From positions 32,001 to 96,000 of the forward strand of contig CATMOE010000001.1 in assembly GCA_950072105.1 (NCBI GenBank): DNA of 64,000 nt, read 5' to 3'. Each line of letters begins with the position of its first letter. Position 1 is the first letter of the stretch. Positions 1 through 10,455 of this stretch are shown here, piece after piece. The notes under the pieces were generated by a model. The model saw only the letters and a program-made list of their open reading frames with translations. It did not search any database and was not told where the DNA came from. The position numbers and the translations under genes were made by a program. This DNA is from an uncultured Dehalococcoidia bacterium. GTDB lineage: Bacteria; Chloroflexota; Dehalococcoidia; Lucifugimonadales; UBA3495.

Positions 1-824
1 ATCACCCGTGGACCGGGACAACTGAAGTATACGTGGTCTATCAAGTAGACCTCTCCTGACCGTACGGCGGGCATATCCAACCAGCCATCTTGGGCGGCCA
101 GCCAGGGGACCTCACGAAGTCCGCGGGCCAAGTCAGATGAACAAAGATCGATATAAAGCTTCTCCGGAGCGTAGTTTCGGATCTCTTTCCAATCCAGACG
201 GAGGGCAGGAGAGCCGGGAGGATAAGGGCCCCGCGCCCCACCAGCTCGCTCAAGGAGATCGGGTATCCAGTGGCCGCCAATCACAATGGGATCGATCCCC
301 TCCAAGGAAAAAACCCTGGGCCGGTATCCCACCGAGTCCAAAGTTTCCTCAACATCCCGGACCCGCTTCTTGAGACCATCTACCAGAGCCGCTGCCGCGT
401 TGCCGGCCCCGCAGACCTCCCCAACTTCACTTATTGTCTCAAATATCCCGAGTAGCGTCTTCGGTTGCAGCACAACTACTCTGGGTTGATGGGACAAGCC
501 TTGAAGGGCTTGATCCACCGTCGCGGCGTCGACTTCGCAGAAGTAACAAAGGTCCTGGGTCAGCACCACGTCCGGCGGATTGGTGGATAACCACTCTTGA
601 TCGAGTTCATAGGGACTGTCTCCGGCGGCCAGGATCCTATTGATCTCTTCTTCGACTTCGTTGCTGGACAAAACGGAAACGTCAATCTTGCTCCGGCTCA
701 CCACGGGCTTGGATCGAGCTTCAAGGGGATAGTCGCACAGATCGCTTACGCCGGTGATAAGGTCGCCCAAACCCAGAGCGAAGAGAATCTCAGTGCCGCT
801 GGGCAATAACGAACAGATTTTCAT
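1..824 (-). CDS. Cobalamin/Fe-siderophore ABC substrate-binding protein (BtuF/TroA-like), truncated by left window edge
   Basis: Not in the ORF track. I translated both ends by hand: ATG at 824 gives MKICSLLPSGTEILFALGLGDLITGVSDLCDYP, and the same frame at the edge reads GEVYLIDHVYFSCPGPRV. Both are hallmark segments of this family. The middle was not fully read. Confidence 0.85.
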   Translation of the reverse strand, partial: MKICSLLPSGTEILFALGLGDLITGVSDLCDYPLEARSKPVVSRSKIDVSVLSSNEVEEEINRILAAGDSPYELDQEWLSTNPPDVVLTQDLCYFCEVDAATVDQALQGLSHQPRVVVLQPKTLLGIFETISEVGEVCGAGNAAAALVDGLKKRVRDVEETLDSVGYRPRVFSLEGIDPIVIGGHWIPDLLERAGGARGPYPPGSPALRLDWKEIRNYAPEKLYIDLCSSDLARGLREVPWLAAQDGWLDMPAVRSGEVYLIDHVYFSCPGPRV

Positions 825-905
825 CTCCAGGAAACTCTCCGATGTACCTGGTTACGGGTTTAGGTCACCCATGGCCGATATGTGTTGTATTATAGCTACT
901 TGACG

Positions 906-2165
906 ATGTCGCCACCAACATCCAACAATTGGACCAACCTGGCATTGCTGAGGCTAAACGCCTTCGGCGTGGGAATAAACGGTTTTTACCTGGCTATCGA
1001 TACCGTGGTTCTGCCAGTCTTGGTCCTGATTCTGGCCCCGGAGGCACTGAAGAACACTTATCTTGCGGCCCTTGGGCTCTCCGGGCTTTTGGTGGCGGGA
1101 GTGATTCAAGTTATCGTGGGCCGTCTTAGCGACCGGACCCGATCGCCATTGGGGAGACGCGTCCCGTACCTTCTGGGCGGGAGCGTCCTCATCTGTTTGG
1201 GCATGGTCGGAATCGGCCTTGCTCCCACGTTTTGGCTTCTCTTTGCCGTCTGGCTGTTCATCCAGGCCAATATCAACGTTTCCTACGGTCCCTACCAGGC
1301 TCTGATACAAGACTTGGTGCCTGGGGCGCGAACTGGCGTAGCATCGGCCTTTAAGATTCTTGCCGACGTCGTGGGCGGCGTGGCTTTCATCAAGATCAGT
1401 ACAGTTTTCATGGGCCAGTACGCCTTTGGCGATTCCATCGAATGGCTCTGGATCACTCTAGGAGTGCTAGGCATAAATCTGCTTGTCGCCGCCGGGATCA
1501 CCTCGGCGACCGTCTTAACCAGACAAAAAAAACCGGGCTCCGTATCACGTGCCAACGGCCGTCCCGCCGCCCAAAGTTCTGGATTACACCCACAGCTCAC
1601 ACTATTCTTGATATCCCGGTGGTTCATGGTGACCGCCGTCATCGTGTTCCAGACCTATGGTCTCTTTTTCCTGAGAGATAAAGTAGGCCTGGAAACTCCC
1701 GTTCAAGCCTTAGGCAATATGGTCCTAGTGGTCGGTGGGGCGGTAGCAGCCGGGGCCTACCTGGCCGGTTGGTTCTCCGACCGGATAGGCCGCAAACCGG
1801 TTATTCTGGCAGGCGCCGCCGGCGCTGCCTTGAGCACTGCTACAATTTTGTTGGCCGGAAGCACGACGGAAGTCCTGGTGATAGCCACCTTCATCGGGTT
1901 TTCCGTTGGCGCTTTGCTTAGCTCCAATTGGGCGTTGGCCAACGAGATGGGGACGGCAGGAAAGGAGGCACTGCACATGGGTGTTGTGAACCTTGCCACT
2001 ATCGCCGGCGCTGCGTCAGCCAAGATGCTGGGCCCTGGAGTAGACCTGCTAAACCGAGCCTCCCCGGCCTCGGGTTACTCCGCATTACTGATTGGATGCG
2101 CTGTCATGTTCGTGCTGGGCGGAATCTTGCTTATGCCCCTCAAGACAAATTCCGATTCGACTTAA
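906..2165 (+). CDS. MFS transporter
   Basis: About 12 hydrophobic segments; motif A variants GRLSDRTRSPLGRR and GWFSDRIGRK. ATG 906 preferred over GTG 882. Confidence 0.9.
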   Translation: MSPPTSNNWTNLALLRLNAFGVGINGFYLAIDTVVLPVLVLILAPEALKNTYLAALGLSGLLVAGVIQVIVGRLSDRTRSPLGRRVPYLLGGSVLICLGMVGIGLAPTFWLLFAVWLFIQANINVSYGPYQALIQDLVPGARTGVASAFKILADVVGGVAFIKISTVFMGQYAFGDSIEWLWITLGVLGINLLVAAGITSATVLTRQKKPGSVSRANGRPAAQSSGLHPQLTLFLISRWFMVTAVIVFQTYGLFFLRDKVGLETPVQALGNMVLVVGGAVAAGAYLAGWFSDRIGRKPVILAGAAGAALSTATILLAGSTTEVLVIATFIGFSVGALLSSNWALANEMGTAGKEALHMGVVNLATIAGAASAKMLGPGVDLLNRASPASGYSALLIGCAVMFVLGGILLMPLKTNSDST

Positions 2166-2864
2166 ACTTTTTATTCCACCTCGGTTCAACCACTGGGAAA
2201 CCTACTTGCCCGCTGCACTTCATAGATGCCTGTTTGACTGATTCTGCCCCTCTTTGAGCGATTCTCAAAAACCAGCAACCTACAGGCCCCGGGCTCCCCT
2301 CATTTGAATCCGCTCCAAGGCGCTCTTGCAGAATTTGGCGGGCCAATCACACCCCAATGTTCTCTGGTGACCAGTTGGTGACCCAGATGAGTACACTGGC
2401 CCAGAAATTTCAATATGATTCGATGTAAATGTCCCCAGGCCGCCATCCTAATGCTGAGATATGGACCATAGTGATCATAGGCAGACCGCACAATCGGCAT
2501 AGGGTTTATGCACAATTGCCTTGGATGAGGCATTTGTATCTTAGCCGATGGGCCGGTACAGGAAACCCCTGTCGCTAGCCGTTGCCATCGAACTCCGATG
2601 AGCCTGGAACCCTGCGCGGCGCCCTCAATTTCTGGCGGACCTTACCGATGACAGCCGGGCGCAGGCCCTTGAAAGGAGTTTAGAATTTAGATCTGAATCA
2701 GGGCTACCTCCGGTTCCATGGCTTGGAAGGTTCCTTTGGTTATCTCTAAACGCCGGGCGGCATCACGGTGCAATTCGGCTAAATCATCTACCTTGATCCG
2801 CCATCGTTCCTATCGGAATTTTGGCGCGGATCGCCAGCATTTACTTTGGCCTGGCAGGTGGAAA

Positions 2865-3098
2865 TTGAGCTCGGTACGCGGAACACTCTCTTTAACCGAC
2901 CGGGAACGCGATATAGTGCGCCTCTTGTTTGAAGGTTATACGAACCGGGAGATGGGTGAGAAGTTGGGGGTGAGTTGGCTAACGGTTCGTAACCACATCA
3001 GCAGGCTGCTGGTGAAATTTGAGGCGAAAACTCGCACCGACCTGCTTGCCCGGTTGGTGGCCCTGCGACGCTTAAGACACCGACAATTAATACCTTAG
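2865..3098 (+). CDS. Stand-alone LuxR/GerE-type HTH regulator (~77 aa)
   Basis: LTDRERDIVRLLFEGYTNREMGEKLGVSWLTVRNHISRLLVK is a classic LuxR HTH. TTG at 2865 follows AGGTGG; the ORF-track upstream extension to 2718 looks non-coding. Confidence 0.8.
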   Translation: MSSVRGTLSLTDRERDIVRLLFEGYTNREMGEKLGVSWLTVRNHISRLLVKFEAKTRTDLLARLVALRRLRHRQLIP

Positions 3099-3466
3099 AG
3101 ATAAGGCTCCGCCAGATGTATATGTGAATTTAGGTACATTTGTCATCTACTCAAGGTTAGATTGCCCGATTATCATAGTAGCCGATGCCTGAAGCTCAAT
3201 CGGGGGCATAGAAGGGCAGGGAATTGCATCCAGGGTGCAATTCCCTATCAGCGAAACTAGCAAGATCTGGGGAAATCCAATGATCGATTCCCCTGATTGC
3301 CGGTGTAGATTTGGGCCAAACGACCGCTTCTTGATGTTGGCGTTTCCCCGGCTCTTCAATGGAGAGTTACTCATTTAATGATCTTCATGCCCGCAAATAA
3401 ATCCCTCAAGAGGCTCTCAGAGTCGCGGCAGACTAGGACCCGGATGCCCGTACAAGACATGCCCCG

Positions 3467-4519
3467 ATGATTGATTCGGCGATATATTTGATAACAAGTC
3501 AATTGAATCAATATCTGAGAAGGACTTTCAATCTCACCGAAGATATCGTCGCAGTGTCTAATATTTTAGAACAGGACGGTACGGTTCCTCCTCACGTCGA
3601 TAACAAGCTGGTCGCGTTTTTGGTGAACATCGAGAAGGATCAATTCCCGCACCGCGGCCCATCTAACGGCAACACGGTAGGAGCGGGACTCTCTCTTAGC
3701 TACCTGTTCAAATTTCCCAGACCACCTCATTACAACGTTGTTGTCGTAGATAAAATGAGCTTTAGCATCCAAAAGGATTTACTCACCGAGCGAGGAAAAT
3801 TGTACCTCGACATTCTTCCAAACGACCCGATGGAGATGAAGCAGGCGCTCATTGATTTTAAGAATGCCGAGAGAATAAAAAGGGAACCAAGTATTGATGC
3901 TATCACTCTTTTCCATCAAGCTCGATTGCTTACCCATAGTGCTCGGTTGCTGGCCCGTGCAGGGCGATTGGATGACAGTGAAACGCAATGGAACCAAGTA
4001 GTCGCGAATTTGAGCGAACTTATAAACCTAGACCCAACCTTCCGCCGTCGCATCACCATTGAACCTCTTTTCAAAGAACGTATAAATAATCATGAATTCG
4101 TGGAATTATTACAGAAAGCGGAATCAATCTCCTTATCAAAATCAAAAAACCTGGCCGAGGTGAAAATGTCGCTGGGACGGGAATTGGCGCGAAATGGAAG
4201 GCTAGAGGAGTCGTTGGAGGCATATTATGACGCTGTTCAGGCGGACCGATCATCAACTTTGCATCGCTCCAACTTGGCCAGGGCATATCTCGCAGTGGGT
4301 AAGCATGACCCAGCAATCGAGCAGTACGAAGCAGCCATCTACCTCAATTCTAGCTACGCATCGGCTTACTGTAATCTCGCACTTCTATATAAGTCCTTGT
4401 TGATGACGGACTATGCTCACGCGAATTGGGAGGAGTGTGTTCGTTTTAGTCCAAAATCCGGAATAAGAAGTCACGCTCAGAAAGAATTGAAAGATCTAGA
4501 CGCAGTTCCCAACAGCTAA
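3467..4519 (+). CDS. Chimeric protein: N-terminal DUF4255/Pvc16_N-like segment plus C-terminal TPR repeats
   Basis: N-terminus MIDSAIYLITSQLNQYLRRTFNLTEDIVAVSNILEQDGTV...NKLVAFLVNIEKD resembles DUF4255 proteins. C-terminal TPRs: SLGRELARNGRLEESLEAYYDAV, SNLARAYLAVGKHDPAIEQYEAAI, AYCNLALLY. Visibly AT-richer than its neighbours. Confidence 0.7.
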   Translation: MIDSAIYLITSQLNQYLRRTFNLTEDIVAVSNILEQDGTVPPHVDNKLVAFLVNIEKDQFPHRGPSNGNTVGAGLSLSYLFKFPRPPHYNVVVVDKMSFSIQKDLLTERGKLYLDILPNDPMEMKQALIDFKNAERIKREPSIDAITLFHQARLLTHSARLLARAGRLDDSETQWNQVVANLSELINLDPTFRRRITIEPLFKERINNHEFVELLQKAESISLSKSKNLAEVKMSLGRELARNGRLEESLEAYYDAVQADRSSTLHRSNLARAYLAVGKHDPAIEQYEAAIYLNSSYASAYCNLALLYKSLLMTDYAHANWEECVRFSPKSGIRSHAQKELKDLDAVPNS

Positions 4520-4631
4520 TTTGCCGCGCCCTGCGGAGCGCAAGTTTGCCTATAAAGACGTCTTGCCCTGAATCGAGGAGGCACAGCCCAGCCCAGCCCT
4601 TCAACGTGTTCGCAGCAGGAGAAGTTGCCCC

Positions 4632-5387
4632 CTACTTCGCCCCCAGCGTTCTATTAATAAACCCGACTGCCCCTTGGGCTACCCAGGCGTTCCAGGAGGT
4701 CATGACAAAGCGGACTCCCTTTTCCACGTAGGAGGCCACGTTTTCATCGTTGACCAGGGTCCCCGGTGTCTTCCCTGCGGCGACTATTTTGGCGATAGCA
4801 TCGTCGATCGCCTTCTGTACATCAGGATGGCCCGTGTTGCCGATGTGACCCATGGTCTGAGCCAGATCAGACGGCGCGACGAAGAATACGTCGATGCCGT
4901 CAACGGTCAGGATATCGTCCAGGTTGCTCAGGGCCACGGCTTCCTCTAATAGCACGATCACCATCGTCTGGTCATTGGCCCGCTGGAAATAATCGGTAAC
5001 GCCGAATGACTGGCGGCCGCCGAACATCCCTCGATAGCCCAAGGGAGCGTATTTGGCCGATTGGAAGGCCTTTTCAGCCTCCTCCTTCGTGTTCACGTGA
5101 GGCACCACGATTCCCATGGAACCACGGTCCAACGTCCGGGTAATCAGCCACGGCTCGTTAGAGGTAACCCGGGTGATTGGGGTCATACCCCAAAGGTCGC
5201 AGGCCCTCGTCTGGTCCCCCAATTGGTCCCAGGTAGGACCACCATGCTCCATCTCTATCCAGGCGGCGTCGAACCCCAAAGGTCCGAGAAAGTCGATGTT
5301 ATCGCTGGATTGCAGACCGGATATGGTGGTGACAACACCGCCCTCTCCCAGTTTTTCTTTGGCTTTATTTGGCCTTATCCCAGGCAT
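4632..5387 (-). CDS. HpcH/HpaI family aldolase
   Basis: GFDAAWIEMEHG, LDRGSMGIVVPHV, KYAPLGYRG, DGIDVFFVAPSDLA. Start MPGIRPN at 5387 after GGAG. Confidence 0.9.
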   Translation of the reverse strand: MPGIRPNKAKEKLGEGGVVTTISGLQSSDNIDFLGPLGFDAAWIEMEHGGPTWDQLGDQTRACDLWGMTPITRVTSNEPWLITRTLDRGSMGIVVPHVNTKEEAEKAFQSAKYAPLGYRGMFGGRQSFGVTDYFQRANDQTMVIVLLEEAVALSNLDDILTVDGIDVFFVAPSDLAQTMGHIGNTGHPDVQKAIDDAIAKIVAAGKTPGTLVNDENVASYVEKGVRFVMTSWNAWVAQGAVGFINRTLGAK

Positions 5388-5659
5388 TGAACAACTCCAA
5401 GCAAAAGATTTCCAGAGCACTAAATAGCCGGCGGAACAGATCAGCCGTGGCCGGCCGGCCGCACCAGTTTAGCAGAGCGCCTTTAGGAATGTAACGAACC
5501 AGCAGATGCGGCCGTGAATCGACGACTTGGAATGGACTTTTGCCGCCGCTGGATGCTACACTTCCGGTGTCTGGCTATGTGCCTGTAACACTCATAATCA
5601 CCCGTACGGTTCGCCTTGTCCGCAGCCGGACTCCTCATCTTTAAACCGGAGGGACCCAG

Positions 5660-6919
5660 ATGTTAATCGGACACTTCACCGAGCAACCCTGGCAGGACCA
5701 AGCTTCAGGACTGATGGGAACCCAGAGTACCGACCTGAGCATCAGCAACTCCCTCTATGACCCCGCCGTGGGCGCTCAACTCTACAACCGGTACTTGGAT
5801 GAAAAGGTTTACGCCGAGGAAATGGGGTTTGACGGCCTGGTGCTCAACGAGCACCACAGCACTCCCTTCTGCATGCAGGGAGTTACCAACGTCGGAGCGT
5901 CCATCCTGGCCCGAATCACCAAGAAAGTAAAGATAATCATATTGGGCAACGTTCTGCCCATATGGGACGACCCTCTTTGGCTGGCCGAACAGCTGGCAAT
6001 GATCGACATGATTTCCAATGGACGTCTAGTTTCCGGCTTCGTCCGGGGCGGTGGGCGCGAGAGCTTTGCCCACAATTCCCCTCCCCATTACAACCGGGAA
6101 CGGTTCGAGGAAGCCCACGACTTTATTGTTAAAGCCTGGACCGATCCGGGCCCATTCCGCTGGGAAGGAAAGCATTTTCACTATCGTTATGTCAACCCTT
6201 GGGCCAAGCCCTTGCAGCAACCCCATCCCCAGATATGGATACCGTCAACAGTAAGCATCGAGACGGTCAAGTGGACGGCGCAACACCGGTACCCTCTGGT
6301 ACTGCTGGCCACCAAGCTGGAGCCCACCAAAGAGGCTTTTCAGCTTTACCACGACACTGCGGCTGAAGAAGGATACGTATCCGGCACTCAGAACGTTGCC
6401 TATTTGTGGAAGGTACACGTCGACGAAACGGAAGAGAAGGCCGAGGAAGTGGGCAGAAAGTTCCTGTCCGGAGTCAGCAACCCCTTCCTCTCCGGTAATG
6501 AGGGGCAGGTCAACCCGGCAATCATGAATCTCCCGGGCCATACGTCCAGAAACTCTCGACGATTGGCTGCGGCGGCTTTCGGCCCTCGAGGCCGATTCGG
6601 AACCAACCGGCGCCCGTTTGAGGAGCAGGTCGCCGACAACACCATAATCACCGGAACGCCAAAGACTGTACTGCCTAAGATTCGTCACGTGCTAGAGTAC
6701 CTGCGGCCGGGGAGCATCTTCTTCTGGGATGGCGACGGCTCAATGACCCATGACGACTCCATGCGCAGCCTCAGATTGATGGGCGAAGAAGTCATCCCGG
6801 CAGTGCGGGAAATGGGCAAGGAGTTGGGGCTGAATGGGCCTTTCGAGGTGGATTCAGCCACCGGCAAACCGTACCAGGATACCCTCGCGGCCGCCCAAGT
6901 GAGCCAGACAGCGGATTAG
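5660..6919 (+). CDS. LLM-class (luciferase-like) flavin-dependent monooxygenase
   Basis: AEEMGFDGLVLNEHH, LAEQLAMIDMISNGRLVSGFVRG, PLQQPHPQIW; GGAGG RBS. Confidence 0.92.
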   Translation: MLIGHFTEQPWQDQASGLMGTQSTDLSISNSLYDPAVGAQLYNRYLDEKVYAEEMGFDGLVLNEHHSTPFCMQGVTNVGASILARITKKVKIIILGNVLPIWDDPLWLAEQLAMIDMISNGRLVSGFVRGGGRESFAHNSPPHYNRERFEEAHDFIVKAWTDPGPFRWEGKHFHYRYVNPWAKPLQQPHPQIWIPSTVSIETVKWTAQHRYPLVLLATKLEPTKEAFQLYHDTAAEEGYVSGTQNVAYLWKVHVDETEEKAEEVGRKFLSGVSNPFLSGNEGQVNPAIMNLPGHTSRNSRRLAAAAFGPRGRFGTNRRPFEEQVADNTIITGTPKTVLPKIRHVLEYLRPGSIFFWDGDGSMTHDDSMRSLRLMGEEVIPAVREMGKELGLNGPFEVDSATGKPYQDTLAAAQVSQTAD

Positions 6920-6985
6920 CACTCGATCGACAGCCCCATACGCAGCGCCGACGAGTGGCGCATTCTCTGATGGGAGATCTTGCCA

Positions 6986-8179
6986 ATGGCCGAAACGGCA
7001 GATGTAGTTGTAGTGGGGGCCGGTGTCGTCGGATGTTCGGTCGCTTACTACCTGTCACGCCAAGGCGCCGACGTCAAGTTGGTGGAGCGGGAAGGTATCG
7101 GCAGCGGGGCCTCAACCCACGCCACCGGATTTCTCAGCCTTTTGGGCGCTGAATTTTCCCAAGGTCCATCCTTTGAATTCGCCCTGTCCGCCTACCGGGA
7201 GTTCCCGGATCTGGTGAAGGACCTGGAGGAATCAACCGGCATCGACCTACTCTACCAAAGACGCCCCTCGCTCAGGTTGGCGTTGGAAGAGGAAGAAGAG
7301 ACCCTCATCCGGGACCTCATGAAATGGCAGCAAGAATCGGTCTCGGTGAAGTGGATAGGGCCCGATGAAGTCCATGCAATAGAACCCCGCCTTACACCCC
7401 AGATCCGGGGTGCCGCCTACGAGAACGAATCAGCCCAATTGGACAGCTACCGCTTGACCCTGGCCTTGGCGCAATCCGCCGAGAAGCGAGGTATGGAGTT
7501 GCAACTCCGTCCCGTGACCGGATTGTTGCGAGACAACTCCCGAGTAACCGGGGTAAGCACCGCCACCGGAGACATCGTGTGCGGCACGGTGGTCATGGCG
7601 GCAGGCACGTGGAGTTCGTCCTTCGGAGAATCCATTAACTTCCAGATTCCGGTGCGCCCGTTGAAGGGTGAGCGCCTGATATTGCGCTTCGACGGTCCTC
7701 CTTTGCCCGTGTTGATCAGCTCTCCCAAGAGAGGCCACATGATCAGCCGGCTCGATGGAGTGCTCAGCGTGGGCAGCACCGGAGGCCGCGACTACGATCA
7801 GAACAACCTGTTCCTAGGAGAGGAATACGACAGCATTCCCACCGAGACGGCGAAACTCGAATTATTGCAAAGGGCCATAGATGTGCTGCCGGAGTTGGAG
7901 TCTGCCGAGTTGATACAACAACTGGCCGGTTCCCGCCCCCTGAGCCCCGATCGCATGCCTATTATTGGGCCTGTACCCGGTATGGATGGTATAGTGTTGG
8001 CCACGGGTCATTCCACCAAGGGAATCCACCTAGGTCCCATCACCGGACGCATAATAGCGGAGTATATACAATCGGGGTGTACCCGAATACCGCAAGAGAT
8101 GGAGGCATTTCTTCCCTCACGGTTTAAAACCGCGTCAGCGATCGACTTTCACGCCAGCGGGCAGCTGGTAGACGAGTAA
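6986..8179 (+). CDS. FAD-dependent oxidoreductase, DAO/glycine oxidase family
   Basis: N-terminal VVGAGVVG Rossmann motif, GSGAS, PVRPLKGE, GSRPLSPDRMPIIG, ATGH. Confidence 0.9.
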   Translation: MAETADVVVVGAGVVGCSVAYYLSRQGADVKLVEREGIGSGASTHATGFLSLLGAEFSQGPSFEFALSAYREFPDLVKDLEESTGIDLLYQRRPSLRLALEEEEETLIRDLMKWQQESVSVKWIGPDEVHAIEPRLTPQIRGAAYENESAQLDSYRLTLALAQSAEKRGMELQLRPVTGLLRDNSRVTGVSTATGDIVCGTVVMAAGTWSSSFGESINFQIPVRPLKGERLILRFDGPPLPVLISSPKRGHMISRLDGVLSVGSTGGRDYDQNNLFLGEEYDSIPTETAKLELLQRAIDVLPELESAELIQQLAGSRPLSPDRMPIIGPVPGMDGIVLATGHSTKGIHLGPITGRIIAEYIQSGCTRIPQEMEAFLPSRFKTASAIDFHASGQLVDE

Positions 8180-8224
8180 CCCCGGACTAACCTACAAGTC
8201 TGTTTAGCTAAGGAGGAATTCACC

Positions 8225-8749
8225 ATGGGAATTGAGGTTAAAGGCATCGGACACATCGGGATCTTGGTATCCGACTTCGAAAGGTCATTCAAATTCTATA
8301 CCGAGACTATGGGGTGCAAGGTGACCAATCGCCGCAAGGGCGCCGACGGCAGAGAGACCGCGTTTCTCCGCTTCGACGAAAACCATCACGACTTCGTGAT
8401 CGCGACCGCTCCGGAGGGGGCCGACGTTACCTCCGCCCAAGGCGGGGACCGGTTGATTCAGCAGATCGCTTTCTTAGTGGAAGACCGGGAAGCGTACCTA
8501 GAGGCCTTGGCTCACCTGCATAAGCACGGCGTCAAGCCCGCCAGCAAAGTCTTGGTCCATGGCCCCGAAGGCGGCCAAGGCCAGGGAGTCAATGGCAGCG
8601 GCAGCCGCTCCTTCTACTTCTACGATCCGGACGGCAACCGGTTGGAAGTCTACTGCGACGCCGTTAAAGTAAGGAACGGGGAGCAGTTCCCCAGGGAAGA
8701 TATCGCGGAAGCGTTGATCGCCTTCTCCCAGGTGGAAGTAACACGGTAG
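8225..8749 (+). CDS. VOC/glyoxalase family protein (extradiol-dioxygenase-like)
   Basis: IGHIGILVSDFERSFKFY, HHD, SFYFYDPDGNRLEVY; AAGGAGG RBS. Confidence 0.88.
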   Translation: MGIEVKGIGHIGILVSDFERSFKFYTETMGCKVTNRRKGADGRETAFLRFDENHHDFVIATAPEGADVTSAQGGDRLIQQIAFLVEDREAYLEALAHLHKHGVKPASKVLVHGPEGGQGQGVNGSGSRSFYFYDPDGNRLEVYCDAVKVRNGEQFPREDIAEALIAFSQVEVTR

Positions 8750-8902
8750 GGACTGAATAGTACTCGGCATCGGGTTGCGGCTAACGCTGCTCCCGGTGGC
8801 GATGGGTCCTCCGGTCCACTATCTCCGGAACTTTAGAAGGTTGCCTAGCCCAAAGAATCACGTTGTCTAGCAAGTTAGAATCCGAATCGGGAGGATATTA
8901 TC

Positions 8903-9313
8903 ATGGCGAAGATCAAGCATATAGCGCTGACGACCAAAGATCCTAGCAAGGTTGCCGAGTTCTATAAAGAAGCCTTTGAGATGGTAGAGGTACGCCGTAG
9001 CGAGAACGGAGCGGTTTTCCTCTCGGACGGCTACATAAATCTGGCCATCCTGAACTATAAGACCGCAGCCACCGATGCCGACGTCGGACCCAACGGAGAC
9101 AATTACGACGGCATCCACCACATAGGCTTCAAAGTAGACGACCTGGATGAAGCTTGCGACCGGCTGGAGAAGGCCAAAGGCACGGCCATCACCACCAGAG
9201 AAGGGATGGACACCATGGCGCCCGGTTCCCCTCGCAACTTCGAGATGAAGTGGTCGGGGCCCGACGACGTGGTCATCGACATCTCCCACACCGGCTGGCT
9301 CACCAGCGAATAA
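8903..9313 (+). CDS. VOC/glyoxalase family protein
   Basis: IKHIAL, LSDGYINLAIL, GIHHIGFKVDD, GPDDVVIDIS; GGAGG RBS. Confidence 0.88.
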   Translation: MAKIKHIALTTKDPSKVAEFYKEAFEMVEVRRSENGAVFLSDGYINLAILNYKTAATDADVGPNGDNYDGIHHIGFKVDDLDEACDRLEKAKGTAITTREGMDTMAPGSPRNFEMKWSGPDDVVIDISHTGWLTSE

Positions 9314-9337
9314 ACTGTTCTTCCCACGCCAAATGAA

Positions 9338-9402
9338 ACCCGGCCCCGTCCAAACGGCAATGCGGTGTTATTACCGAGCCGTTGGCCGGGGTCTATTTTT
9401 TT
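9338..9402 (+). terminator. Probable intrinsic terminator after the LLM-DAO-VOC-VOC run
   Basis: Long imperfect GC stem (CCCGGCC..AACGGC / GCCGTT..GGCCGGG) followed by a T7 run. Confidence 0.5.
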
Positions 9403-9519
9403 GTATCATTCGACCAACCCTATTCTTTGTGAGCTTGTTAAACCACCGTCTTCCCGCCCTTCCTCAATTTCAACGTAAACTAAGAACTCAGCCAGCAAAT
9501 TACGAAACTAGGCGCCATC

Positions 9520-10455
9520 ATGGCTAACGAGTCTTCCAACAAATCTGAACTTAACGTCGTTACCGGCGCCTTCGGCTACACCGGCAAGTACATCGCCCGC
9601 CGGCTTCTTGCCGACGGTATCCGAGTTAAAACCCTTACCGGCCACCCCGAACGTCCCAACCCTTTCGGCGCCCAAGTGGTTGCCGCCCCTTTCAACTTCG
9701 ACGATCTTCCAACCCTCATCGATCAGTTATCAGGCGCTTCCACCTTGTACAACACCTACTGGGTGCGCTTCTCCCGGGGAGAGGTCACGTTCGATCGTGC
9801 CGTCGAAAATACTAGGACATTGATTCAAGCGGCCAAGGACGCGGGCGTAGGCCGGATCGTTCACGTCAGCATCACCAATCCATCCCTGAACTCTTCTCTA
9901 CCCTACTTCAGAGGGAAAGCCCAGGTAGAGGAGGCCATCATCGACTCGGGAATCTCCTACGCTATCATCCGGCCCACGGTCATCTTCGGCATCGAAGATA
10001 TCCTTATAAACAACATAGCCTGGATGCTGCGCCGATTCCCTCTGTTCGTCGTGCCAGGCGGGGGTGGCTATCGGTTCCAACCGATCTTTGTGGAAGACTT
10101 GGCGGGTTTGGCAGTGGACGCGGGTGGACAAGAGGATAACCTGATTTTGGACGCCGCTGGTCCGGAGACATATACCTTTGACGAATTCGTCCGGCTCGTC
10201 GGGCAGACAATGGGCAGCAGAACCAAGATCGTTCACCTACCATCGGCCTTGGCTCTGGGGATTTCCAAAATCGTGGGATATTTTCTCGGAGACGTGGTCT
10301 TGACTCGGGATGAAATCACCGGCTTGATGTCAGACCTGCTCATTTCAGACGCGCCTCCCGCAGGCAATACGTCGCTGAAGTCGTGGCTGACCATCAATGT
10401 TGCCACGCTAGGCGGAAGCTATACCTCTGAGTTGGACCGTCACTACCGCCGGTGA
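9520..10455 (+). CDS. NAD(P)-dependent epimerase/dehydratase (atypical SDR)
   Basis: VTGAFGYTG, YFRGK, IIRPTVIFG, QPIFVEDLA. Confidence 0.88.
   Translation: MANESSNKSELNVVTGAFGYTGKYIARRLLADGIRVKTLTGHPERPNPFGAQVVAAPFNFDDLPTLIDQLSGASTLYNTYWVRFSRGEVTFDRAVENTRTLIQAAKDAGVGRIVHVSITNPSLNSSLPYFRGKAQVEEAIIDSGISYAIIRPTVIFGIEDILINNIAWMLRRFPLFVVPGGGGYRFQPIFVEDLAGLAVDAGGQEDNLILDAAGPETYTFDEFVRLVGQTMGSRTKIVHLPSALALGISKIVGYFLGDVVLTRDEITGLMSDLLISDAPPAGNTSLKSWLTINVATLGGSYTSELDRHYRR

Noticed and set aside
2166..2864. Short ORFs (2140-2346, 2300-2533) and the N-terminal extension of luxR from 2718
   Set aside because: No recognisable motifs or RBS and non-protein-like composition; treated as intergenic.
6986..8179. 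thiO (thiamine biosynthesis glycine oxidase)
   Set aside because: No thiS/thiG neighbours; only the family-level call is supportable.
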